The notes: generated by a model not told the origin, from the letters alone. 64,000 nt of DNA from an uncultured delta proteobacterium (GCA_963793865.1 CAWCBP010000006.1:186742-250741), one strand, 5' to 3'. Counted from the first letter of the stretch, positions 1-10,393 are shown. Made by a program: numbers and translations.

Positions 1-248
1 TTGATCACCACATTGGGGTGCAGGGCGGCCAGCCCGCGCGCCTCGCCGACCATCTCCGGCGCCGTGGTGCTCACCACCTCGACGCTGATGGGTCCGTTGA
101 CGATCGAGCAGATCTCCTCTATCAGCGGGATGAATTCCTTTCCTGTTTTGGCAATCAGACTGGGATTGGTGGTGACCCCGTCAATGAGCCCCAGCCGGTT
201 CGCCTCCCTGATTTCATCAATCATCGCGGTATCGATAAAAATTTTCAT
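1..248 (-). CDS. Transaldolase / fructose-6-phosphate aldolase (N-terminal part, runs off window)
   Basis: Manual minus-strand translation from ATG at 248: [34 protein letters not shown]...; the DTA and GVTTNPSL motifs are those of the TalC/FSA family. Not in the ORF track. Confidence 0.9.
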   Translation of the reverse strand, partial: MKIFIDTAMIDEIREANRLGLIDGVTTNPSLIAKTGKEFIPLIEEICSIVNGPISVEVVSTTAPEMVGEARGLAALHPNVVI

Positions 249-283
249 GGCTTCTCCTTCTTCCCGGGGCTGTGCCGGCCCCG

Positions 284-550
284 CTAGCTGTTTTCCGGTT
301 TGTCCTCAAGATACTTGTTCATGCATTCCCGGCTGCAGAAGTAAACGGTTTCCCCCGCTACCCGCGCGGTGAGGGCTTCGCGCCGGGGAATGTATACCCG
401 GCAGACCGGGTCAATGACCATTTCATCAACGATGGCGGGGCCGGATGCCGGATCCCGTCTGCCCTGCTGTTTGGGCGCGGCAATAAAGATGCCCCTGATG
501 AGGCGGTAGAGGAGGTACAAGAGAAGGGCAAAAATGATAAATCGCATCAC
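284..550 (-). CDS. YHS-domain small membrane protein
   Basis: N-terminal hydrophobic helix, then DPVC...YFCSREC (YHS/TRASH motif). Confidence 0.8.
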   Translation of the reverse strand: MMRFIIFALLLYLLYRLIRGIFIAAPKQQGRRDPASGPAIVDEMVIDPVCRVYIPRREALTARVAGETVYFCSRECMNKYLEDKPENS

Positions 551-1047
551 TGGTTTTCTCGTTCCACTTTCACCACCCGCCGGGTGTCGCGGAGTTCGGC
601 GACCAGCCGGGAGATGGTTTTGTTGTGAACCGGGTGCACGAGCTGCGGCGCTATTTCCGCAAGCGGGACCAGGACAAAGCCCCGTTCGCCCAGGCGCCCG
701 TGGGGAATGGTAAGCTCCGGAGACTTAATGACGCGGTCGCCGTAGAGCAGGATATCGAGGTCAATGGTGCGGGGCCCGAAGGGCACGGTTTTGCGCCGTC
801 CCAGTTTTTCTTCAAGCTCCTTCAGAAATCGAAGCAGCTCCAGGGGGGCAAGCCCTGTTTCCACCTTCAGCACCAAATTGATGAATTCATCCTGATCATG
901 GTAGCCCCAGGGCTCGGTCAGATACCATGATGATTGATCGAGAATCCCGGTGTGGCCGGATGAGGCAATCTGCGCTATTGCCGCGGCACAGTGAGCGTGC
1001 CGGTCACCCTGGTTTGAGCCGACGCCGAGGTACGCAATGACCGCCAT
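547..1047 (-). CDS. folK: 2-amino-4-hydroxy-6-hydroxymethyldihydropteridine diphosphokinase
   Basis: YLGVGSNQGD, GPRTIDLDIL, IPH..ERGFVLVPLAEI motifs. Confidence 0.95.
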   Translation of the reverse strand: MAVIAYLGVGSNQGDRHAHCAAAIAQIASSGHTGILDQSSWYLTEPWGYHDQDEFINLVLKVETGLAPLELLRFLKELEEKLGRRKTVPFGPRTIDLDILLYGDRVIKSPELTIPHGRLGERGFVLVPLAEIAPQLVHPVHNKTISRLVAELRDTRRVVKVERENQ

Positions 1048-1056
1048 AGCCTCTCA

Positions 1057-1117
1057 CAGGCTGTTGAAAAACGCCCATCTGATTTGTGGCGGGGCAGGGC
1101 TTTTGACGCCACAACAA
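1057..1117. repeat. Short intergenic repeat, copy 1 (MITE-like)
   Basis: CAGGCTGTTGAAAAACGCCCATCTGATTTG...GGGCTTTTGACGCCACAACAA recurs at 3902-3969. Confidence 0.7.
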
Positions 1118-1183
1118 TGTGTCTTTACGCTTGCGGCATCCCCCGGTGCCTTACGGCTTTACATCGCATTACGCGCCGGTGAA

Positions 1184-2346
1184 TCAGAGGGCCTTTATTC
1201 TCTTCACCGCTTCCGCAATCAGCGACTTGTCGACGGTCAGGGCCATGCGGATGTAGCCCTCGCCCGCGGCGCCGAAACCGTTGCCGGGCGTGGTAACGAT
1301 CCCGGCCCGGGTGAGCAGGTGGGCGGTGAATGATTCCGAGCTGAAGCCGGGCGGAACGGTTATCCAGAGGTAAAAGGTGGCCCTGGGGACGGCCACATCG
1401 AGGCCTGCTTCCTTCAATCCGGCGGTGAGCAGATCCCGCCGCTCCTGATAAATATCTCGTAAGGCATCAAGGTAGGTCTGGTCCCCGGAGAGGGCGGTTA
1501 TTCCCGCCTCCTGAATGGCCTGGGATACGCCGGAATCGATGTTGGTCTTGACCTGCCCCAGCGCGGCAACGATCTCCGCGTTGCCGACCACAAAGGCGAT
1601 GCGCCAGCCGGTCATGTTGTAGGTTTTGGAAAGGGAGTGAAACTCGACGGCCACCTCCTTCGCCCCGGGGATCTCCAGTATGCTGGGGGGACGGTAGCCG
1701 TCAAAGCAGAGTTCCGTGTAGGCGGCATCATGGCACAGGATGATCCCGTGCCGGCGCGCAAAGTCAACCGCCTCTTCGTAAAAGGAGCGGTCGGCCACGG
1801 CGGCGGTGGGATTGTTGGGATAGTTGAGGTACATGAGCTTTGTCAGCCGCAGCACCTCCGCGGGTATGGCGGAGAAATCGGGCAGGAAATTGTTTTGTTT
1901 GAGCAGGGGCATGAAGTGCGGCTGCCCGCCGGCGAAAAGGGTGGCGGTGTTGTAGACCGGATAACCGGGATCGGGCACGAGCACGATGTCGCCCGGATTG
2001 ATGAACGCCAGGGGGATGTGGGCGATGCCCTCCTTGGATCCGATCAGGGCAATGACTTCCGTGGCGGGATCGAGGCTTACCCCGAATCGCTGCCGGTACC
2101 AGCGTGCCGCTGCCTCCCGGAATTCGGGCATGCCGCTGTAACCGGATAGCGGTGGTTTTTGGGATCGAGGGCCGCCTGCTGCAGGGCGGCAATGATGTGG
2201 CCGGGGGTGGGCAGATCGGGATCGCCGATCCCCAGGTCTATAAGGCTTGTACCCTTCTTCAGCATCTCTGATTTCATCACGTCGATCTTGGCAAAAAGAT
2301 AGGGCGGCAGGTTTTTGATGCGATCCGCTTTTGCAATCCTGATCAT
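1184..2346 (-). CDS. dapL: LL-diaminopimelate aminotransferase (frameshift near 2140, probable sequencing error)
   Basis: ORFs 2077-2346 (RIKNLPPYLFA, LGIGDPD) and 1184-2131 (NYPNNPT, SLSKTYNMTGWR) join into one class I aminotransferase; adjacent to dapB. Confidence 0.88.
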
Positions 2347-2364
2347 GTGGGTACAGTTCCTTTC

Positions 2365-3198
2365 CTACGCGTCGCCCGGTTCACCCGGCGCTGATGATGA
2401 AAGTCCTAAAACGTCAAGCATGTCGTACAGGCCGGGCGGCTGTCCGGCTACCCAGGCGGCGGCCCGCACGGCGCCGGCGGCGAAGGTGTCCCGGCTGTGC
2501 GCGCGGTGGGTGATTTCCAGCCGCTCGCCCTCCCCGGCGAAGAGCACGGTGTGATCTCCCACGATGTCACCGGCCCTGACAACCTGGATGCCGATCTCAT
2601 CACGGCGCCGGGCCCCGATGAGCCCCTTTCGCCCGTGCACGGCAACCGACTCCAGGTCCCGGTTCATCGCATCCGCCAGGATGTGGGCCATTTTGACGGC
2701 GGTGCCGCTGGGCGCGTCCTTTTTCAGGCGGTGGTGTGATTCGATGATCTCCATGTCATACCGGTCCTGCAGCAGCCGCGCGACCCGCTCTATGAGGGTG
2801 AACATGATGTTGACGCCGACGCTCATGTTGGGGGAACAGACACAGGGAACAACCCGGGCCAGTTCCCTGATGCGGTCGCTCTGCGCCGGTGAAAATCCGG
2901 TTGTCCCGATCACCGCCGCGGTGCGCCTGGAAGCGGCCCACTCCATGTGCGCAAGCGACGATTCGGGGGCGGTGAAGTCGATAATCACATCAGGCTGAGG
3001 AGTAATCAGTGCCAGGCTGTCCACTACCGTGACGGGAGACTTCCCCGCCCCGGGCATCTCTGCCGCATCTGAACCGATCCCGGGGTGGCCCTGCTGCTCG
3101 GTGGCCCCGGCCAGCTCCATGCCTTCCGCCCGGCTTACGGCCCGAATGACGGCCATTCCCATCCTGCCGCACGCGCCGGTAACCGCACACCTGATCAT
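2365..3198 (-). CDS. dapB: 4-hydroxy-tetrahydrodipicolinate reductase
   Basis: GACGRMG nucleotide-binding motif, IDFT, GTTG, ESHHRLKKDAPSGTA. Confidence 0.96.
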   Translation of the reverse strand: MIRCAVTGACGRMGMAVIRAVSRAEGMELAGATEQQGHPGIGSDAAEMPGAGKSPVTVVDSLALITPQPDVIIDFTAPESSLAHMEWAASRRTAAVIGTTGFSPAQSDRIRELARVVPCVCSPNMSVGVNIMFTLIERVARLLQDRYDMEIIESHHRLKKDAPSGTAVKMAHILADAMNRDLESVAVHGRKGLIGARRRDEIGIQVVRAGDIVGDHTVLFAGEGERLEITHRAHSRDTFAAGAVRAAAWVAGQPPGLYDMLDVLGLSSSAPGEPGDA

Positions 3199-3421
3199 GA
3201 CACCTCCGTTCCCTGCATTTCGCCTTTCAAGGATACGGATACTTACTATAAATCGGCTTTAAAATAAAGCCCTTTTTTCCTGAAGCGGAAAGGTTTTTGT
3301 CCGATATGCATTATGCGCTTGATTTTTCCGGGAAAAGAAATTATTGACAGTGCTGCATGACGGCAGGTTTGTTTTCAAACGCGATCCTTTGCAATGCAAG
3401 ATGCGGGGAAAAGAGAGGCGG

Positions 3422-3871
3422 ATGCGGGCGGTCATCCAGCGGGTGAAAGAGGCGCGGGTTGAGGTGAGCGGCAGGACGGTGGGGGCCATCGGCCGGGGCC
3501 TGCTGGTGCTTCTGGGCATAGAGCGCTCGGACAGCGAGGGGGATGCCGACTATCTGGTTTCCAAGATCGTTCATCTGCGCGTCTTTGAAGACGGTGATCA
3601 GAAATTCAACCTCTCCCTCAAGGATGTCGGGGGAGCGGTGCTGGTGGTTTCCCAGTTTACCCTTCTGGGGGACTGCCGCAAGGGGCGCAGGCCGTCCTTT
3701 GACGCCGCCGCCCCTCCCGATAAAGCGCGCGGGCTTTATGAGTATTTCATCGCCTCGATTGTCCGTAACGGCCTCGCCGCGGCCTCCGGTGAATTCCAGG
3801 CCTCCATGCAGGTCTGCCTGGTCAATGACGGCCCGGTGACCGTGCTGCTTGACAGCAAAAAGGCATTTTGA
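3422..3871 (+). CDS. dtd: D-aminoacyl-tRNA deacylase
   Basis: MRAVIQRV start, VSQFTL and NDGPVT motifs. Confidence 0.96.
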   Translation: MRAVIQRVKEARVEVSGRTVGAIGRGLLVLLGIERSDSEGDADYLVSKIVHLRVFEDGDQKFNLSLKDVGGAVLVVSQFTLLGDCRKGRRPSFDAAAPPDKARGLYEYFIASIVRNGLAAASGEFQASMQVCLVNDGPVTVLLDSKKAF

Positions 3872-3901
3872 CCGTTCGGTGCACAGATCGTACGTTTCTA
3901 G

Positions 3902-3985
3902 CAGGTTGTTGAAAAACACCCATCTGATTTGAGGCTCAAAAGGGGAAGGGGCTTTTGACGCCACAACAAAATTATTCAGAGCCTG
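3902..3985. repeat. Short intergenic repeat, copy 2 (MITE-like, imperfect terminal inverted repeats)
   Basis: Matches 1057-1117; left end CAGGTTGTTGAAAAA, right end TTATTCAGAGCCTG is an imperfect reverse complement. Confidence 0.6.
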
Positions 3986-4129
3986 AAGAACGACAGCAAC
4001 TCTCTAACTTTGTCCGACAGACCCGGATCATTTACAAAAAGCGGACGCTGTGATATGTAGAAGCACCATGCGTGATTCCTGGTGTTACTCCTGTTCAGGG
4101 TGGCGCACTCTCACGATGCCATGTACACA

Positions 4130-4627
4130 ATGAAGCTTGTCAAGGAAGTCATCTGGATACTCAGCATATCCTGCATCTGCGGGCTGGTCTTCAACGCCTT
4201 TTCGCCCAACGGCATCAACGTGCTCGATAATCCCTGGTCGCGAAAGGTTGCGGCAGGCGGCAGCGAGGCGGAGGATCCCATTGTTTTCGTGGGTATCGAA
4301 CGCGTCTGTCAGTTTATCGAAAACCGGGAGGGAATCGTTCTGGACGCTAGAAACCCCAGGGAGTACGCGGAGGCGCACATTCCCGGAGCCCAGCTCCTGT
4401 TTTTCTACGGCATGAATGAATACTATCCCGCCCTGGAAGAGAAACTCCGCGCTGCGCCGGCCTTTTTGACCTATTGCAGCGACATTCACTGTGAGGACAG
4501 CGAGTTTCTGGCCAATGAACTGCTCAACTTGAACCACATGCCGGTGTACGTCTATAAGGGCGGCATGGCTGACTGGATAAGCAACCAGATGCCCGTGGCC
4601 AGGGGTATGGAGGAACAGGCGCCGTGA
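4130..4627 (+). CDS. Membrane-anchored rhodanese-like domain protein
   Basis: N-terminal TM helix; LDAR...Y...HIPGA, YCSDIHC, YKGGMADW. Confidence 0.85.
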   Translation: MKLVKEVIWILSISCICGLVFNAFSPNGINVLDNPWSRKVAAGGSEAEDPIVFVGIERVCQFIENREGIVLDARNPREYAEAHIPGAQLLFFYGMNEYYPALEEKLRAAPAFLTYCSDIHCEDSEFLANELLNLNHMPVYVYKGGMADWISNQMPVARGMEEQAP

Positions 4628-5085
4628 TCAAAAGGCTGCTTTTTCATCCTGCCGTCGTCTGGTGCGTCCGGCTCATCGTGGCCGCGGTGCTGATCTATGC
4701 GGCGCTGCAGAAAATCTGGACACCGCTGGAGTTTGCACGGCTGGTGCGGGAGTACCATCTGGTTCCGGAGCAGCTGCTCAACCTGATGGCGGTTACCCTG
4801 CCCTGGCTGGAGCTGGTCTGCGGATGCTGCCTGGTGACCGGCCTCGGGCTGTTGGGAACGTCGCTTTTGCTCAGCGTGCTGAACAGCGTTTTTGTGGTTG
4901 CCATTCTCTACCGTGCCTGGATGATCATGCAGGCGACCGGCGTGAATTTTTTCGACCTCTCCTTTGATTGCGGATGCGGCTTCGGGGTGGTCTACATACC
5001 CACCAAGATCCTGGAAAATTGTTTGCTGGTTGCCGCCGGCCTGCTCATACTTTTCTCGAAGCTGCGGCCGAGGGCTGCTGCGTAA
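4624..5085 (+). CDS. DoxX/MauE family membrane protein
   Basis: RLIVAAVLIYAALQKI, LPWLELVCG, DCGCG; overlaps the rhodanese stop codon. Confidence 0.8.
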   Translation: MIKRLLFHPAVVWCVRLIVAAVLIYAALQKIWTPLEFARLVREYHLVPEQLLNLMAVTLPWLELVCGCCLVTGLGLLGTSLLLSVLNSVFVVAILYRAWMIMQATGVNFFDLSFDCGCGFGVVYIPTKILENCLLVAAGLLILFSKLRPRAAA

Positions 5086-5290
5086 ATGAGCATGCCGGCA
5101 GCACGACCTGTCCCCCCGACTCTCCTTCTTGTCCCCACTGATGCGAGGCCTCTGTTGAGAGTAACCGGGCCTTGACATCTGCACCGTATATGTTAAAAAT
5201 TAGGCAGTTCGATAACGCGGATATCATCGACCCGCTTGTGCGGGCGGCCGCCCGGTCGCAGCGGCGCGCAGGCATGGGGAAGGGAAAACA

Positions 5291-6322
5291 ATGAGAGTAG
5301 CGCTGATAATCGCATGCATGATGACCTTTGTTGCGGCCTGTGCCGTGAATCCGGTCACCCTGGAGAAGGAATTCATGATCATCAGCGAGCAGAAGGAGAT
5401 CTCCATCGGCGAACGCTCGGACCCGGTGATCGTGCAGGAGTACGGTCTTTACGACGATCCGGGCCTGCAGAATTACGTCGATGAGGTCGGCCAGAAACTG
5501 GTCCAGGTATGCTCAAGAAAAAACATCGACTACCATTTCAAGCTGCTGGATACCGATGAGGCCAATGCCTTTGCCCTGCCCGGAGGTTACATATACCTCA
5601 CCCGCGGGATAATGGCCCTGATGAACAGCGAGGCGGAAATGGCCGGGGTGCTGTCGCATGAAATCGGTCACGTGGTGGGGCGCGACAGCGCCAACCAGAT
5701 CTCCCAGCAGACCTGGTTCCAGATCGTGGCCATCGCCGGCATGGCCGCAAGCCCCAGCACGCGCGAGCTGGCAATGGCCGGTAACATGCTCTTTAACGCG
5801 GTCATGCTCGGATACGGCAGGGAAAAGGAGTTCCTGGCCGATTCGCAGGGTGTGGAGTACATGTTCAGGGCCGGATATGATCCCCTGCAGATGGCCCGGT
5901 TCCTAAGCACTCTTGGAAAGATCTATCAGGGGCCGGCGGGCTATGCCCAGTATCTGACCACGCATCCCTTTGTGACTGACCGGATCAACCGGGCGGAGGC
6001 GCAGGCCAAGGTGCTGACCGCCATGGACGATGCCTTTGCGAGAAGAGCAATCGGCAGCGCCGGCGGCGCTGCTCCCCAGTCCAAAGCCGGGCGGGTGATC
6101 CGCTCCGATGAATTTATCTCCCGCCTCGACGGCCTGGCCTACGGTTCCCGCGACAGCATCCGCAGGATTAAAATATACACCGTCAATGAAGGCGATACGC
6201 TGGAATCCCTCGCCAACGATCTCGTCCGCGGCGGCCAGACGGTAAAAGAGATCGCCTTCATGAACGGCCTGGACCCCGCTGCCCGGCTGTCAGCCGGCCA
6301 GAAGTTAAAGCTGGTATTTTAG
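5291..6322 (+). CDS. M48 family metalloprotease lipoprotein with C-terminal LysM-like domain
   Basis: Lipobox VAAC, NAFALPGG, HEIGH, EFLAD, THP; C-terminal YTVNEGDTL...GQKLK. Confidence 0.88.
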   Translation: MRVALIIACMMTFVAACAVNPVTLEKEFMIISEQKEISIGERSDPVIVQEYGLYDDPGLQNYVDEVGQKLVQVCSRKNIDYHFKLLDTDEANAFALPGGYIYLTRGIMALMNSEAEMAGVLSHEIGHVVGRDSANQISQQTWFQIVAIAGMAASPSTRELAMAGNMLFNAVMLGYGREKEFLADSQGVEYMFRAGYDPLQMARFLSTLGKIYQGPAGYAQYLTTHPFVTDRINRAEAQAKVLTAMDDAFARRAIGSAGGAAPQSKAGRVIRSDEFISRLDGLAYGSRDSIRRIKIYTVNEGDTLESLANDLVRGGQTVKEIAFMNGLDPAARLSAGQKLKLVF

Positions 6323-6362
6323 GCCGGTTTTTGTGTATCGGCTGCTGTAGAGACAAGAGCGC

Positions 6363-6391
6363 TTGACAATTTCCCGCTTATTCGATAAAGT
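6363..6391 (+). promoter_or_regulatory. Putative sigma70 promoter for the CoA-transferase
   Basis: TTGACA-17 nt-TAAAGT. Confidence 0.55.
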
Positions 6392-6575
6392 CCTCCCCCA
6401 AGAAAGTCAAACGTGCCCGTGCCTGCAAATCGTCCTGTCGAGCTTTCCTGAAGGAAATTGCGATTCGTGTGCGAAGGCAATAACGGCGGGCGGTCCATCC
6501 GCCCTTGGCTGCTGAAATGAAGAGGGGTAATTTTTACTCCGTCGGCGCGACGGATAACTTCATGGAGGATTGATC

Positions 6576-7850
6576 ATGGATTCATTAAAGCCGGGGCCTT
6601 TAAGCGGAGTTACCGTTCTGGATTTCACCTGGGTGCTGGCCGGGCCTTTCGCCACGCGCACGCTGGCTGACATGGGGGCATACATTATCAAGGTGGAAAA
6701 ATACAAGGAAGGGACCAACGAGCGGCATCTCCCGCTGATTCTGACCCACGAGGGGGTTACCCAGAGCTCCTACAACATCAACTGCAACCGCGGTAAAAAA
6801 AGCATCTGCATCAATTTAAAGCATCCCAAGGGCATGGAGCTGATTCACGACCTGATCCGGAAGAGCGATGTGCTGATTGAAAACTTCGCCCCCGGGGTGA
6901 TGGACCGTTTGAAACTTGATTATGAGTCGGTGCGGAAAATCAAGAAGGATATCATCTATTGCTCCGTTTCCTGCTTCGGTCACTGGGGTCCCTATTGCCA
7001 CAAGCCGGGGTATGACATGATCGCCCAGGGGGCGAGCGGCTGGACGGACCAGAACATAAGTCCGCAGATCGCGCCCGTCTCCATCGGGGACATGAACGCG
7101 GCGGTGCACGCGGCCATAGCCATTTGCGGGGCGCTCTACAGCCGCCTGCAGACCGGGCAGGGGCAGAACATTGATATTTCAATGATGGATTGCCTGTTTT
7201 CCTTCCATGAAAACACCCTTCCCTGGTATCTGCTCAGCAGCGCCATCGGGAAACCGGTTGAGCCGCCCAAGATCGGCCGCCACCATCCCGGCTACGCGCC
7301 CTACGGCATTTATAAAGGCAAGGACGGCTATATCACCATTGCCTCGCTCACCCAGCCGCGCTGGGAAGGCATCGTGAAAACCATGGGCAAAGACTATGAA
7401 TGGCTGCTGAGCGATCCCCGGGCGGCAACCGTGTCCACCCGCTGCACCGAGGAAAATGCCCCCTTTATTCACAAGGTGGTCGAGGAGTGGGTGATGGCGC
7501 AGGATTCTGTCTCGGATGCGGAGCGTCAGTTGGAGGAGAATGGCTGCCCCTGCTTCCGGGTGCGCTCCATTAAAGAGCTGGCGGATGATGATCCCCATAT
7601 CAAGGAGAGGGAGATGATGGTGGAGGTGGAGCAGCCGTTTGTAGGGAAGGTTAAGATGTACGGCAGCCCGCTTAAAATGTCAGAAACCCCGGTGGGGATC
7701 AGGGGCCACGCGCCGCTTCTCGGTGAGCATACCGAAGAAGTGCTGGCCAAAATCCTCGGCTACCGGCAGGAAAAGATAAAGGAACTGTATGCCAATGAAG
7801 TGCTTTACCATGAGCCTGCAGTTGACAAACTGAACGAGAAGCAACGGTAG
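6576..7850 (+). CDS. Family III CoA-transferase (CaiB/BaiF)
   Basis: PLSGVTVLDFT..LAGP, NRGKKS, ENFAPG, GYDMIAQ, APLLGEHT. Confidence 0.92.
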   Translation: MDSLKPGPLSGVTVLDFTWVLAGPFATRTLADMGAYIIKVEKYKEGTNERHLPLILTHEGVTQSSYNINCNRGKKSICINLKHPKGMELIHDLIRKSDVLIENFAPGVMDRLKLDYESVRKIKKDIIYCSVSCFGHWGPYCHKPGYDMIAQGASGWTDQNISPQIAPVSIGDMNAAVHAAIAICGALYSRLQTGQGQNIDISMMDCLFSFHENTLPWYLLSSAIGKPVEPPKIGRHHPGYAPYGIYKGKDGYITIASLTQPRWEGIVKTMGKDYEWLLSDPRAATVSTRCTEENAPFIHKVVEEWVMAQDSVSDAERQLEENGCPCFRVRSIKELADDDPHIKEREMMVEVEQPFVGKVKMYGSPLKMSETPVGIRGHAPLLGEHTEEVLAKILGYRQEKIKELYANEVLYHEPAVDKLNEKQR

Positions 7851-7941
7851 GGGAAAAGCGCGCCCGGCGCAGGCATCGCGGAACATCTGAATGCTGATTG
7901 CGCAAACGAATTGCTCTCAAGGCCGGCACATCGAGAAAAAC

Positions 7942-7992
7942 AAGGCCTGTCCACCCTGCCCGGCGATCCGCCGGAGGAAGGACAGGCCTTTT
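7942..7992. terminator. Inverted repeat between convergent genes (putative terminator)
   Basis: AAGGCCTGTCC...GGACAGGCCTT followed by TT. Confidence 0.5.
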
Positions 7993-8004
7993 GCTGTCTG
8001 GTGA

Positions 8005-8445
8005 TTATGTTTCCGCCCCGGGAAACCAGTCCTTGACCTTGTAGCTGTCAAGAAAGCGCCCGCCGATGATTAGAGCGAAATTCCGGTAAAATATAAGTCC
8101 GTTCAAGCAATCCTTCTTCAGCACCTCATTCAGTTTCTTCTTTTCAATCTTGACGATCCTGCTGGGAATGACGCATTCCGCAGAGGCGGAGTAGGAGGGG
8201 CGGTCGAGCAGGGATGACCAGGCGAAAAACTCTCCCGGCGTGTAAATAAACGAGACCTCATGCCCCTTCGTATCTGCGCAAACACAAATCCTTCCCTCTT
8301 CCAGAATATAGAAATGGTCCGCGGGATCTCCGGTCTTGAAGAGGAACACCCCCTTGCCATGGGATTCCCTGACTGCAATGGATTCGATTTGGTCCATGAA
8401 ATCCTTCCCCACGCCTTTGAATAATCCGTTCTCCCTGATTAACAT
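8005..8445 (-). CDS. Cyclic nucleotide-binding domain protein (Crp-like, no HTH)
   Basis: LFKTGDPADHFYILEEG, GEFFAWSSL..SASA. Confidence 0.8.
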   Translation of the reverse strand: MLIRENGLFKGVGKDFMDQIESIAVRESHGKGVFLFKTGDPADHFYILEEGRICVCADTKGHEVSFIYTPGEFFAWSSLLDRPSYSASAECVIPSRIVKIEKKKLNEVLKKDCLNGLIFYRNFALIIGGRFLDSYKVKDWFPGAET

Positions 8446-8685
8446 CCCGTATCCTCCTTTTCCCTAGAAGTGCACTGCGACATAAGGATTGGATTAATTC
8501 TAAGAGAAATGGGCACCGGTGTCAATCATAACCAGCTATTTTTTTAAAAACTTGTGATTGTGACCATTTCGGATACTGCTTCCATTGGTTATCCGTCTGC
8601 GGCGCGTGTTCCCGCGGCAGCCATTGAACTGCCGGCCGGACAGAGATTTCCGGCAGCCGGTTCCGTTGAAGCCGTCAGCGAATCC

Positions 8686-8714
8686 TTGACAAGTTTTTAT
8701 TTATTGGTTAGAGT
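8686..8714 (+). promoter_or_regulatory. Putative sigma70 promoter for the acyl-CoA ligase
   Basis: TTGACA-17 nt-TAGAGT. Confidence 0.55.
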
Positions 8715-8795
8715 CAGAAAAATTGCTGCTGCCTGGATATTCTGGATTCACGAGAGTGCGTTTCAACTCTAACACCAAGGGGGGAGTGAACCATC

Positions 8796-10382
8796 ATGGA
8801 TATCATAGGAAATAGAAACATTCGGTGGCTGGTTGAAAAGAAGGCAACGGATTTTGCTGATAAGGACTTTATTGTATTTGAAGACCGGGCAGGGAACGTC
8901 CAACGCCATACCTACCGGGAGTTTAATGAGCTGGTAGACAAATACGCAACGGTCCTGCACAAGCTCGGAATCAAAAAGAATGACAAGGTCAATGTGCATT
9001 TGCTCAACTCCCCTGAGTATCTCTTCTCCTGGTTTGCGCTTGCCAAACTGGGCGCGGTAATGATCCCCACCAACGTCCTCTGCGCCCCCTTCGAGATGGA
9101 GTATTTTGTCGATTTCGCGGAGTGCGTTGCCGTCATTACCGAGCCAAGTTACATGGATATGTACCGCGGCATTCTGGACAAGTGCCCGCGGGTAAAGCAT
9201 ACCATCCTGACCCGCACCTCCCCGCTCTATCCCAATCAGAAGCTGTATCCTGGGGCGATCATTATGCAGGATGTCCTCAAGGACACGGTTCCCTCGGTGC
9301 CCCGGGTCGCAGTTGATTCCGAAGATGATCTGATGATGCTCTTTACCTCGGGAACCACCTCCCGGCCGAAGGCGGTGCAGCTGACCCATGCCAATGCCCT
9401 TTTCGCCGGCATCTTCGGCGCCCAGGGATACAAGGTGGTGCCGGAGGACCGTCATTTCATGGTGCTGCCCCTTTTCCATGTCAACGCGCAGTTCATTTCG
9501 GTCATGCCCACCCTTACCGCGGGGGCAACCCTGGTGATGGCGGAGCAGTTCAGCGCCTCCAAATACATGGAGCAGGCGCGGCGGTACGGCACAACCACTA
9601 CCAGCCTGGTGGCGGCTACCGCCAAGATGATTCTTGCCCAGCCCCGGCACGAGCTGGACGGGCACAACAGTTTTCGCCTGGTCATGTATGCCATTGCCAT
9701 CACCGAGGAGCAGTGGACGGAGTTTGAAACGCGATTTAAGGTGAAGCTGAGCGACCTGTGGGGCCTTACCGAAACGCTGGCGGAGACCACCATGAACCCG
9801 CCTGAGCTGGAGATGAAGCGGAACTGCATCGGCCTGTGCCGCCTGGGAAATGAGATGAAAATAGTTGACGACGAGGGAAAAGAGGTGTCACCCGGAACGG
9901 TGGGGGAGATTGTGGTGCACGGGGTGCCGGGCCGCACCATCATGAAGGGATATTATAAGAATCCGGAGGCGACCGCCCAGACCATCCGGGGCGGCTGGCT
10001 CTATACCGGCGACAACGGATACATGGACGAAGACGGCTATTTCCATTTTGTTGACCGGAAAAAGGACATGATCAAGCGCGGCGGAGAGAACGTGGCGGCG
10101 GTGGAGGTTGAATATGTCTTAAGCCTCCATCCCAAGGTGCAGGAGGCGGCGGTGGTGGGAGTTCCGGATCCCGTAAGAGACGAGGCCATCATGGCGCTTA
10201 TCGTTTTGCAGGAGGGTGAAACCTGCACCGAAGAGGAGATCATCAACTTCTGTAAGGAACGGCTGGCGAAGTTTAAAGTGCCCGGTTTTGTGGAGTTTAA
10301 AAAGAGCTTTCCCAAGACCTCCATCGGGAAGATTCAGAAAAATCTCCTGCGCCAGGAGGCGCTGGAGAAGTTCAAAAAGTAG
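8796..10382 (+). CDS. ATP-dependent acyl-CoA ligase, CaiC-like (crotonobetaine/carnitine-CoA ligase family)
   Basis: FTSGTTSRPK AMP-binding motif, WGLTET, YTGD, KRGGENV; N-terminus MDIIGNRNIR resembles CaiC. Confidence 0.85.
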   Translation: MDIIGNRNIRWLVEKKATDFADKDFIVFEDRAGNVQRHTYREFNELVDKYATVLHKLGIKKNDKVNVHLLNSPEYLFSWFALAKLGAVMIPTNVLCAPFEMEYFVDFAECVAVITEPSYMDMYRGILDKCPRVKHTILTRTSPLYPNQKLYPGAIIMQDVLKDTVPSVPRVAVDSEDDLMMLFTSGTTSRPKAVQLTHANALFAGIFGAQGYKVVPEDRHFMVLPLFHVNAQFISVMPTLTAGATLVMAEQFSASKYMEQARRYGTTTTSLVAATAKMILAQPRHELDGHNSFRLVMYAIAITEEQWTEFETRFKVKLSDLWGLTETLAETTMNPPELEMKRNCIGLCRLGNEMKIVDDEGKEVSPGTVGEIVVHGVPGRTIMKGYYKNPEATAQTIRGGWLYTGDNGYMDEDGYFHFVDRKKDMIKRGGENVAAVEVEYVLSLHPKVQEAAVVGVPDPVRDEAIMALIVLQEGETCTEEEIINFCKERLAKFKVPGFVEFKKSFPKTSIGKIQKNLLRQEALEKFKK

Positions 10383-10393
10383 GCGGCACGCAC

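Noticed and set aside
6392..6570. Riboswitch in the ~180-nt leader of the CoA-transferase
   Set aside because: Small hairpins exist but I could not match a known aptamer consensus; an Infernal/Rfam scan is needed.
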